Virus record (IMG/VR): IMGVR_UViG_3300027764_000011
Location: 1-40,100 of that record
Source: a virus
Taxonomy: Duplodnaviria; Caudoviricetes
DNA: 40,100 nt
Strand: one strand, 5' to 3'
Position 1 is the stretch's first letter, and each line of letters opens with the position of its first letter. Below, one piece after another: positions 7,670-15,847 of this stretch. The notes under the pieces are model-generated. The model was not told the origin of the DNA. It ran no database searches and worked only from the letters and a program-made list of their open reading frames with translations. Both the position numbers and the translations under genes were made by a program.

Positions 7670-9676
7670 TTAGAAATCGAATCGAGATTCCATGATCTTG
7701 GAGTAGGTTGAATCCTGATTTCTTACTGGTGGTGTGTAACTTCTAGCTTCGTTCTTATTGTTATTCACGGTAGTTGGAGCAACCACAACACTACTGCTAC
7801 CCTGAGGAGCGGGTCTAGCAGCTGCGGCATTATTTGCCGAGGCACCATACACGGCACCGCCACTTGAAGCGGGAGCAGCACTTGAGGCCATTCCCATGTT
7901 CAATTTCTCCATTGTTCTAGCTTCCATGGTATTGGCGGCAGTGGCTGGAATTTTAGATGGAGCCAACGCCTTACCTGTATCCGGTATATTTTCATATGCG
8001 GTTCCAGCACCTGTTCTCTGACCATTGGCATCCAAGCCAGCTTCAGTTTTAGGTTTTTCTTCGCTTGTGAATAATGATTTAAGATAATCAGTTACCATGT
8101 CGGTTATCATGGCTATTCTACCCTTTACGACTGTCTGATCTTTTTCATCTTCAGGAAATACTCCATGTACTTCTTTATACACATCACGAGCGGCAAGCCC
8201 TGCATCCACGGCAACTGAAGCAGCTGTGCCTGGTCCTGCGGCAATACTCAATGCACCGGAACCAACCTCCGCGGCAGCACCCTTGAAGTCACCTTCCATG
8301 GCGCGAGATATACCGAACCCAAGTCCAGCAAGTGCTCCAACGAAAGGTATTTTCTTTACAATAGATTTAGCAGTACCTGATCCAAGAATCTTAACAATTG
8401 CTTTCTTGATCGCACCTTCACCACCTTCTTTGGCTGCAGCTTTACCAGCGGCAGCGGCACCACCCTTACCAGCAGCTTCAGCACCAGCCACTGCGGCAGA
8501 AGCCTCAGTTTTAATCGCGGCACCTGCAACGTTTTCCGTAACCTTACCAGCACCGGAAGCTATTGATCCAGCAACTCCACCCACGGCCAACGCGCCACCG
8601 ATTCCAGCGATGGCCTTTCCACCCAAAGATCCGACAGCCTTAATACCCCTAGAAGCCAATCCACCAACGGCACGTGCACCACGCATTGCCAGTTTACCTG
8701 CGCCTCTAAGCGCACGCCCAGCACCTAGCAAGCCCATGGCATCACCTAAACCAAATCCACCACCCTCGGCGGGTTCACCATTACCGCCCTTAGCATTCTT
8801 AGTGACGTCTAGCAGCGCCTTAATATTAAAATCAATACTGATTAAAGTATCTAACTCAGTTTTATCTCTGAGGATCTTTTCGGCTGCGTCTTCTTTTAAA
8901 TTAGTCTGTTGTCTATTCTTAACTGATTTATTTTCGAATTGAGATTTTGGTTCATCATCTCTCGAATCATTCATTAATGTACTTCTAACATCATATTGAG
9001 CGTAGTCTTTAGAGAAAGAATCTTTTTTAGCTAGCAGTTCTTTACCCTTCTCAGTCCGCGCGAATTGATCGCTGGATAATCCACCCTTCTTCTTTATGCT
9101 TTCAATCTGATCATTAGTTTTCTGAATCTCAAGAGCAGCCTTTCTTGCGGGTTCATAGTTAGCCCGAAGTTCTTTCTCAGATAACTTAGATCCAGCAGCC
9201 TGTTGTTGACCGACGTAATCGTTCCTGGCTATTTTCTTATCGAACACACCAAATGGATTTGTGGATCGCATCAGTGTATCTTTTATTTTACCCAACGAAC
9301 CATACTTTTCTTTAGTTGCGTTTTTACTTTCCTGAAATTGCTCAGACAATGTTTTGATAACTTTAAATTCTTCGGCCATCGTACCCATGGCCTCAATCTC
9401 TTGCTGACTCATCTCATTATTTTTTCTTAACTCGATGAGAGTTTCTTTATCTACTTTGATCTGTTCTTCGTTGAGTGTATTCAGTTTACTAATTGGCACC
9501 TGAACAGTTTCCGCCAGAGTTTCCTTTAGTTCAGAGATAGGCTCATCCATCATCTTCTTAGTCATCTCCTTCAACTCAGAGACGGAAATACTCTTGCTCT
9601 CTTTAGGGGCTTTTTTGATGTCAGCAGCCTGAAGTCGTTTTTGACTTTCCAGAAGATCCTGCATGGTTAGTGCCAT
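7670..9676 (-). CDS. tape-measure / baseplate hub gp29-like protein
   Basis: Coiled-coil N-half, Gly/Ala-rich region with KKIPFVGALAGLGFG..R..EGD..GA, C-terminal VVVAPTTVNN; follows gp26-gp51. Confidence 0.7.
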   Translation of the reverse strand: MALTMQDLLESQKRLQAADIKKAPKESKSISVSELKEMTKKMMDEPISELKETLAETVQVPISKLNTLNEEQIKVDKETLIELRKNNEMSQQEIEAMGTMAEEFKVIKTLSEQFQESKNATKEKYGSLGKIKDTLMRSTNPFGVFDKKIARNDYVGQQQAAGSKLSEKELRANYEPARKAALEIQKTNDQIESIKKKGGLSSDQFARTEKGKELLAKKDSFSKDYAQYDVRSTLMNDSRDDEPKSQFENKSVKNRQQTNLKEDAAEKILRDKTELDTLISIDFNIKALLDVTKNAKGGNGEPAEGGGFGLGDAMGLLGAGRALRGAGKLAMRGARAVGGLASRGIKAVGSLGGKAIAGIGGALAVGGVAGSIASGAGKVTENVAGAAIKTEASAAVAGAEAAGKGGAAAAGKAAAKEGGEGAIKKAIVKILGSGTAKSIVKKIPFVGALAGLGFGISRAMEGDFKGAAAEVGSGALSIAAGPGTAASVAVDAGLAARDVYKEVHGVFPEDEKDQTVVKGRIAMITDMVTDYLKSLFTSEEKPKTEAGLDANGQRTGAGTAYENIPDTGKALAPSKIPATAANTMEARTMEKLNMGMASSAAPASSGGAVYGASANNAAAARPAPQGSSSVVVAPTTVNNNKNEARSYTPPVRNQDSTYSKIMESRFDF

Positions 9677-9687
9677 TTATATCTCTC

Positions 9688-9867
9688 TTATTGATTGGCT
9701 TTAAGCCTCTGTTTTTCTTCTTCCAAGAATCTAATCAATAGTGCCACATAAACATCACGCTCAAACGGTAACATATCTTCTATATCATCTAGAGCGTATT
9801 TGTGGTACTGCATTAACGAAAAGTTCAATTGATAATAATTCTGGAGAGAATTATGACAGAGGCACAT
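9688..9867 (-). CDS. gp51: baseplate hub assembly catalyst gp51 (59 aa)
   Basis: Not in the track. MCLCHNSLQNYYQLNFSLMQYHKYALDDIEDMLPFERDVYVALL; the NF.LMQ.HKY and P.ER.VY motifs plus position fit gp51. Confidence 0.88.
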   Translation of the reverse strand: MCLCHNSLQNYYQLNFSLMQYHKYALDDIEDMLPFERDVYVALLIRFLEEEKQRLKANQ

Positions 9868-10589
9868 TAAAAAAAACTGTTGATACCCTCAAGCGTTGTA
9901 TGATACGCTTTATCACATACGGGGCAATTGTAATTGACCTCTTGTTTAATTCTAGGCATGGTATTAAAGAAATTCTGAACCAATGAAAATTGACTCGATT
10001 CTAAATTATCCAGGAACTGAATTAGTTCTTGCTTGGGTGTTTCTGATCCAAGGAATACTTCATCGGTAGTGTAGATAGATTCAATACAATCAGTGGTGAT
10101 GTCAATCATGGTATCAATATCGTTTTCATCCATCTCATGGATACGCTTAATAACATCAAGCGTTGGATACTTCATAATAACACCAACATCATCAAACAAC
10201 GGAATAGTTTTAACATGACCTTCCGGCATGAATACTTCTAACTTAGTCAGGTCAAACGCAACCTTTACTTTAGCATTATCATTATCGGCGCCATGATCAT
10301 CGTTACATAAGAAAAATAACTCCACAATCTCACCAACTGACTTAGCCCTGATCTGAGCGAAAATATACTCAGCGTCAAACGAAGGCATGTTATCGGTATC
10401 AACTTTATCAATTACGCAATCACTGATAACAGCTTTCAGCGTATCCATCATTACATGAACGTCTTCACTCTGTTGAGCAATCAGTAACGCCTTCTCTTGC
10501 TTAACTCGAAATGGGCGGAACTTTACGGTTTGTTTCGTTGATGGAATTGTTAGGGTATAGATTGGTGTATTGTTAACTGGTAAAGCCAT
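9867..10589 (-). CDS. gp26: baseplate hub subunit gp26
   Basis: MALP...P.Y.LTIPS...KFRPF.VK.EK.LL, IRAKSVGE, CPVC...LEGINSFF; AAGGA RBS favours ATG 10589. Confidence 0.92.
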   Translation of the reverse strand: MALPVNNTPIYTLTIPSTKQTVKFRPFRVKQEKALLIAQQSEDVHVMMDTLKAVISDCVIDKVDTDNMPSFDAEYIFAQIRAKSVGEIVELFFLCNDDHGADNDNAKVKVAFDLTKLEVFMPEGHVKTIPLFDDVGVIMKYPTLDVIKRIHEMDENDIDTMIDITTDCIESIYTTDEVFLGSETPKQELIQFLDNLESSQFSLVQNFFNTMPRIKQEVNYNCPVCDKAYHTTLEGINSFF

Positions 10590-11010
10590 TATCATTTCCT
10601 TTATTCATGTTGGATAGCATTTTATTCAAGTCAGCGGTACTTCCAACGAAGATAGAATTATTTGTAACGCTCTTCGTTTCTTCTTTCTTAGCTGGTCCGT
10701 CAATCTTTTGTTTCTTCTCATGAAGCTCTAATAATTGAGCGTTGACCTCTGATAATTGTTTCATAAGATTACCCACAACTTCAAAGGCTCGCGGTAACTC
10801 AGAGGACTTAGCAACTGCAAGCGCATGTGCCAGTGCTTCCTGACCCTGTTCGAGTAGCGAGTGTAAATTACCCCTAGTCTTATCATAATCATATTCAATC
10901 TTTTCATCTTTTGGTAAGATCACTTCATTGTCTTTGGTTATGATTTCCATCGAGATAGGCTTCATGGGGGCGATGTCAAATACATCAGATAGGGTATCAT
11001 CAATTTTCAT
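10573..11010 (-). CDS. gp16: terminase small subunit gp16-like
   Basis: DY.KTR.NL..L.E.G.EAL...A..SE.PRAFEV...L and NNSIFVGST.DL motifs. Confidence 0.85.
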   Translation of the reverse strand: MKIDDTLSDVFDIAPMKPISMEIITKDNEVILPKDEKIEYDYDKTRGNLHSLLEQGQEALAHALAVAKSSELPRAFEVVGNLMKQLSEVNAQLLELHEKKQKIDGPAKKEETKSVTNNSIFVGSTADLNKMLSNMNKGNDNGFTS

Positions 11011-11023
11011 TTTATATTTAGCC

Positions 11024-11773
11024 TTAGAAGTCTGCAGGTGTTGTTCCGGTATATATTGATCTACGTTCTGGAATTATATTGCCAAGAGTTGTATTAAACT
11101 CTTCTTGAAAACTTATGAAACTGCTTGTGTAAGTTTCAAACCTATCGGCTGAAATATAATCTTGAATTCTGTCTAGATCATTCAACGGATCACCACCATT
11201 ACCCTGTAGGTCTTGCATGGTTTCCGATGAGTTAGAAGGACTCAACGCCGATGCCCAATACTTATACTGAAACGTAACGGCCAACTTCATGACATCTTGT
11301 GATGCATAACTTAAATCTACCTGTGATACGTTCTTCGGATACGCTTCAAATAATCTAACACCGTATCTAGTATTTTCTTCTTTGTCTTGAACAAGTATTG
11401 TAATCTCTCGCACATACTCATCATAGTATCTAAGATTTCTAGTCTTACCTAGTTGAGTGCCCTGAATCCAATTATCAAAAAACTTTTTCACATACATGCT
11501 CGCGTCAACGTAAAATGATAATGTGATAGTATCGTACATCAATTCATAGGGCATCTCGCGCACCTCACCATAAGTCCTAACTGGATTCGTGGTAAGATGT
11601 AAAGAAGGTAGTTGAGTGGCCTCGCAAAACAATAATAGTTTACGGAGGCTAGAGTTACCGCCTGTTGATTCTGGATAAGCAAAGTCTGGCGGTGAAGGAA
11701 TGGCCACGATAAATCTATTCGTGAGTGCCATGCCACCTGCGGCTTCTGCTACGAAGTTTGATATGAAAGTCAT
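11024..11773 (-). CDS. gp54: baseplate-tail tube initiator gp54 (gp19-like fold)
   Basis: G.ALTNRF, CE...LP, YG..REMPY, LFEAYP, V.F.YKYW motifs. Confidence 0.75.
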   Translation of the reverse strand: MTFISNFVAEAAGGMALTNRFIVAIPSPPDFAYPESTGGNSSLRKLLLFCEATQLPSLHLTTNPVRTYGEVREMPYELMYDTITLSFYVDASMYVKKFFDNWIQGTQLGKTRNLRYYDEYVREITILVQDKEENTRYGVRLFEAYPKNVSQVDLSYASQDVMKLAVTFQYKYWASALSPSNSSETMQDLQGNGGDPLNDLDRIQDYISADRFETYTSSFISFQEEFNTTLGNIIPERRSIYTGTTPADF

Positions 11774-12363
11774 TTAAACGATTCCCTTGAGTCTGCCCAG
11801 ATAGCACCTTTAGATGCACCAACAAAACGTTCCACAGGTAACATGAGCGCAGTTGTCCAATCATTGGCATCAACCTTAACGAACTGAGAACGTACTTGAG
11901 TTTTTAGATATTGCTTTACGCATGGCTTTGCCATTTCAAACTTTGACATTCCGGCAATCATGTTCCAAGAATATTTCAATTTAGTTGTTTCATCAAATTT
12001 ACTATTATTTTTAAACATCAGCAATCTATCCATAAGGATCGCTCTATACCTATAAGGTAGGTAATGTAGGTTCAGTCCATAAAAGCCGTCTGCAGTGGCT
12101 CTAAACGGAAAAACAAGGGGAAATCTGTCCCAATACGGCAGCGTTTCCTTGTGTTTTGCATCGTAAAAAAACATGTACAGATTACCTGGTATAATGGAGG
12201 ATTTGATATTAGCTGGCTTATTTCTAATAACCTGTTGAGGGGTTATGCGTTTCTTTGCCAATTGTAATACCTGCCCGTCAAACCAAGAGGTTGATTTCAG
12301 GTGAATGTTGCGATCAAATTTATTCTTTTCAAATAAATCTTGAAGCGGTGTAGTAGATGCCAT
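11770..12363 (-). CDS. gp2: DNA end protector gp2
   Basis: YDAKHKETLPYWDRFPL and GLNLHYLP; TAATG coupling puts the start at 12363. Confidence 0.93.
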   Translation of the reverse strand: MASTTPLQDLFEKNKFDRNIHLKSTSWFDGQVLQLAKKRITPQQVIRNKPANIKSSIIPGNLYMFFYDAKHKETLPYWDRFPLVFPFRATADGFYGLNLHYLPYRYRAILMDRLLMFKNNSKFDETTKLKYSWNMIAGMSKFEMAKPCVKQYLKTQVRSQFVKVDANDWTTALMLPVERFVGASKGAIWADSRESFK

Positions 12364-12806
12364 TATAACCCTAAATGTTTTTCTGTGATGATCATAAAGT
12401 CCCAACCCCTGTCTTCAGCAAACCTAGTTGCAGCTTTCCATTTGGCTTCATTCTTTGCCCATGTTTTAACTTCTGTTATGAAGTTTTTAGTCTTACGCTT
12501 TGGTGGCTTCGGAGGTCTAGTCTGACTATCCGGTTTAATCTCAATCAAGTATGTTTTTAATATTCCATCTTTATTGCGAACCTGAATTCTGAAGTCAATA
12601 AAATACCTATGCGCTCTTCCATCAGTTGGACATACATAGGGTACGATAGTTTCCTCACTATTCCATTTCAATACAGCGTCATTTTTATCACACCAGATTG
12701 CGAATTTTACTTCATAGGAACTTCTCAATATAATACCAGTTGGATCACCCATGTACTTCTCTGGGTGTATAGGGCTATATTTTCTTGGTGTTGGAAACTT
12801 TGACAT
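12363..12806 (-). CDS. gp4: head completion nuclease gp4 (TnsA-like fold)
   Basis: PEKY.GDP, RSSYE, WNSEE..VPY, HRYF.DF, EIKP, N.AKW.AA, ITE..L. Confidence 0.93.
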   Translation of the reverse strand: MSKFPTPRKYSPIHPEKYMGDPTGIILRSSYEVKFAIWCDKNDAVLKWNSEETIVPYVCPTDGRAHRYFIDFRIQVRNKDGILKTYLIEIKPDSQTRPPKPPKRKTKNFITEVKTWAKNEAKWKAATRFAEDRGWDFMIITEKHLGL

Positions 12807-12814
12807 ATCTCAAT

Positions 12815-12822
12815 AATTTATA
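12815..12822 (-). promoter_or_regulatory. probable late promoter for the gp4 operon
   Basis: TATAAATT on the minus strand (one mismatch to T4 TATAAATA), 8 nt before the gp4 ATG. Confidence 0.5.
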
Positions 12823-12823
12823 T

Positions 12824-12852
12824 TTGACTTCTATTCGATTTATCGTTATACT
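12824..12852 (+). promoter_or_regulatory. sigma70-type promoter
   Basis: TTGACT-17 nt-TATACT. Confidence 0.65.
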
Positions 12853-12876
12853 AACTATGTTGGGTTTAAAGGGTGA

Positions 12877-12884
12877 TATAAATA
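12877..12884 (+). promoter_or_regulatory. T4-type late promoter
   Basis: TATAAATA upstream of gp48. Confidence 0.85.
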
Positions 12885-12919
12885 ACTAAAGCAATACTCT
12901 ATTTAGTTAAAGGATAATC

Positions 12920-14074
12920 ATGGCGACTTCGAAAGATGGGATAACTGAATTATCAGATAGAACACAACCGAATAACGTTAGTCAAGCTAGAGCAAGAAAT
13001 ACCTTCGTCGGAGAAGGTTCTGCTTATAATGAAAAATATAAAGCTAATACCCTAAGATACCCTCTAGACCTATTTTCGAATCAAGATATATACGGTGGTA
13101 ACTACGTTGTATTCTATATCAACGTTCCTTCCAACTCAGCCTTAATTAAAGGTAAGGAAGAAGAATTAACCACAACCCTAGATACAGCTCAATTACGTGG
13201 TGTTGTTGCTGGTGCTAATTACGGAGTTGGTTCTATCGCAGCTGTTGGTGCAGTGGGAGCTGTAGCTGCCTCTGGTATATTGAATAAAGTGAAAACTGGA
13301 TCGTTTAAAGGAACTGCTGGTGGAGCAATTAAAGCTGCCATCGTAGGTGGAATTCCTGGTGTGGTAGTTTCTGCTATTGCAACTAACGGTAATATCAATC
13401 CCATGAAAACCGTGAGGCAGAATAATAGATTGGTGACCAGTATAGCATTAAATATTCCTCAATCATTTACCGCTAGATATTCAATGGACTATTCTACAGA
13501 GGATATGTCGGCTCAGGCGGCGATTGCTGATTTAGCAGGAGATGTGGGGAACGCAATATTTTCTTCAAACCGATCAGCTGCTCTGGGAAAGGGTGTTAGT
13601 GATGCTGTTGGAGTTTTAGGCGCGACCATGTTGGCTACTCCTGGGATTGGAGGCTTTATGTCCGCAGCTACTGGACTTGCTAGGAATCCAAAGAAGGAAC
13701 AGATATTTACTGGAGTTGATTTTAGGATGTTCAACTTTGAATATAACTTCGCTCCAAGAAATGCTAAAGAAGTTGAGCAAGTTAAAGCAATTATCAACAT
13801 GTTCAAACTACACATGCATCCTGAATTTAAAGACGATGGCGGTTTCTTATTTATATACCCTTCCGAATTTGATATATTTTATTATAAAGACGGTGTGGAG
13901 AATATGAATCTTCCAAGACATACTACTTGTATTCTTACTGAGATGACCGTGAACTATGCACCTAATGGTTCGTTCAATACGTTTGCCGATGGTACACCTT
14001 CTCAGATAACGGTATCCCTAACATTCAGAGAACTTGCTATTCTTACCAAAGCAGAAATTCAGGACGGTTACTAA
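12920..14074 (+). CDS. gp48: baseplate tail tube cap gp48
   Basis: LRYPLD, NP.KEQIF.GVDFR.F.F.Y.F.P, F..PSEFDI, ..L.F.EL. Confidence 0.9.
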   Translation: MATSKDGITELSDRTQPNNVSQARARNTFVGEGSAYNEKYKANTLRYPLDLFSNQDIYGGNYVVFYINVPSNSALIKGKEEELTTTLDTAQLRGVVAGANYGVGSIAAVGAVGAVAASGILNKVKTGSFKGTAGGAIKAAIVGGIPGVVVSAIATNGNINPMKTVRQNNRLVTSIALNIPQSFTARYSMDYSTEDMSAQAAIADLAGDVGNAIFSSNRSAALGKGVSDAVGVLGATMLATPGIGGFMSAATGLARNPKKEQIFTGVDFRMFNFEYNFAPRNAKEVEQVKAIINMFKLHMHPEFKDDGGFLFIYPSEFDIFYYKDGVENMNLPRHTTCILTEMTVNYAPNGSFNTFADGTPSQITVSLTFRELAILTKAEIQDGY

Positions 14075-14571
14075 TGTACTTCTCCAGTCTACCCTCAATC
14101 ATATATCCTTTCACTATCAACAATGTAGATCAATACATTGTTCTGAAAGATATTACAGTCAACGCGCGATTCATTAGAGATGTTGTTTCCAATATAACGC
14201 TCTATGATACCTATAATATAGTTGATGGAGAAACGCCAGAGATTATCGCTGAGAGGTTTTACGATAATCCCGAGTATCATTGGGTGCTCATGCTAGTGAA
14301 TGAGCGGTATGATTATATAAATGATTTCCCATTACCCTATGATAGACTGGCTCAGTACGTTACCAATAAATATGGTGCGGATAATGAATATGATATCCAT
14401 CATTACGAAAACGCTGCTGGTTGGATTGTAAATTCTAATGCTGTTGGTGCCGTATCAGTTTCTAATTTCGGTTACGAAGAAACTATCAACGAAAGTAAAC
14501 GCGCAATCAAAATCATCAATAAGACCCTTGTTGATCAAATTGTATATGAATTTATAAAGGCTGTGGCGTGA
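14074..14571 (+). CDS. gp53: baseplate wedge subunit gp53
   Basis: MYF...P, GETPE.IA...Y....HW...L.N, HHYE, NE.KR.IK. Confidence 0.92.
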   Translation: MYFSSLPSIIYPFTINNVDQYIVLKDITVNARFIRDVVSNITLYDTYNIVDGETPEIIAERFYDNPEYHWVLMLVNERYDYINDFPLPYDRLAQYVTNKYGADNEYDIHHYENAAGWIVNSNAVGAVSVSNFGYEETINESKRAIKIINKTLVDQIVYEFIKAVA

Positions 14572-15845
14572 GTAAAAATATAATTGAATTTGCAGGTGAT
14601 GTACGAATAGAGAAATTAGAATTAGTTTCTCTAGCTTCGGGTAAGAACATGAACATCCTGAATCAGGTTATCGGAATCCAGATTTATGAAGATCTATTTT
14701 CGCCCTTCATGTCGGGTAATATCATCCTTAGGGATTCTCTAGACATCGTTGGCAATCTTCCCATCACTGGCGAGGAAGTTATAATCATGTCCATTCGCAC
14801 ACCCACGTTAAATGATGGTGCTGCTATTAGTGGTTATTTCTTTGTATATAAATTATCGGATAGAACTTATCTGGCTGAGCGTAGCGTTGTATATAAATTA
14901 CATTTCGTACCTTGGGATGCCATGACGGACTCGGGTACGAAATACAGTAGAACCTTTGAGGGTAAGGTTTCCGATACCGCCAAGAAAATTCTTACCGATT
15001 GGGTTGGTGCGGATAGAATCGGAACCATCGAAGAATCAAAGAACGTCACTAAACATACCTCTAACTTCTGGACTCCATCTAAGAACTTAAACTTTCTGAC
15101 CAATCAGGCGGTTAATAAGGTTGGTTCACCATCGTACATATTCTTTGAGAATCGGGCTGGATTTAATTTCATAACGTTCAACTCTCTCTATAACGAACCA
15201 GCCCTATGGAAGTTTAATTACAACATGAAGGCTCGAGAGATTCTACCCACTGGTGAATCCGTTAGGAATTTACAAACAGACTACGAACGGATTACTAAAA
15301 TTGATCTTCCGGATTCGTTTGATACCTTTAATAAAATGCGAATGGGCGCGTATGGGTCAACTATGACCACGCACGACTTGGCCACAAACGAATACAAGAC
15401 AGTGGAATATAATTATCAGACAGACTTTAAAGATAAATTACACCTGAATGAATTTCCGATTACCTCGGCTGATCTGAAAACTTTATTCAATGCTAAGGCA
15501 TCCATATTCACCAATGAAATACATTATGATCTGTATGATAACTTTGGTGATGTATCTAATAGCAAAACTCTTCAGGCGCGTCTAAGTGAGATGGCACTGG
15601 CGGAAGGGTTTAAATTAAATATCACGGTTCCTGGCCGCACTGATTATACCGTTGGTCAGAAAGTACTGCTGGAGATTATTCAACCGGAACCAGAAGAAAA
15701 GGTTGATACTAAAGAAACAAGATTAGATAATACTGTGTCTGGTTATTATTTGATCGCAGCTATAAATCATAATATCACAAGAGAAAGCCACGAATGCTCA
15801 ATGCAGCTGATTCGAGATTCTTATAGATTATCCCCAGGAAAGTAA
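14568..15845 (+). CDS. baseplate hub gp27-like tail protein
   Basis: IYEDLFSPFMSG, LPI.GEE, FFEN..GFNF, VPG....VG, SG.Y.I.AI.H...RDS; lies between gp53 and gp5. Confidence 0.75.
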   Translation: MSKNIIEFAGDVRIEKLELVSLASGKNMNILNQVIGIQIYEDLFSPFMSGNIILRDSLDIVGNLPITGEEVIIMSIRTPTLNDGAAISGYFFVYKLSDRTYLAERSVVYKLHFVPWDAMTDSGTKYSRTFEGKVSDTAKKILTDWVGADRIGTIEESKNVTKHTSNFWTPSKNLNFLTNQAVNKVGSPSYIFFENRAGFNFITFNSLYNEPALWKFNYNMKAREILPTGESVRNLQTDYERITKIDLPDSFDTFNKMRMGAYGSTMTTHDLATNEYKTVEYNYQTDFKDKLHLNEFPITSADLKTLFNAKASIFTNEIHYDLYDNFGDVSNSKTLQARLSEMALAEGFKLNITVPGRTDYTVGQKVLLEIIQPEPEEKVDTKETRLDNTVSGYYLIAAINHNITRESHECSMQLIRDSYRLSPGK

Positions 15846-15847
15846 TT

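Noticed and set aside
8226-8942. 238-aa Pro/Ala-rich plus-strand ORF
   Set aside because: Antisense shadow of the Gly/Ala-rich part of the tape-measure-like gene; no RBS or promoter. The same applies to other nested antisense ORFs such as 13513-13815, 17053-17361 and 24831-25280.
12363-12806. TnsA-like nuclease as a transposon or homing element
   Set aside because: Motifs and position beside gp2 fit the core head completion gene gp4; no terminal repeats or transposase partners.
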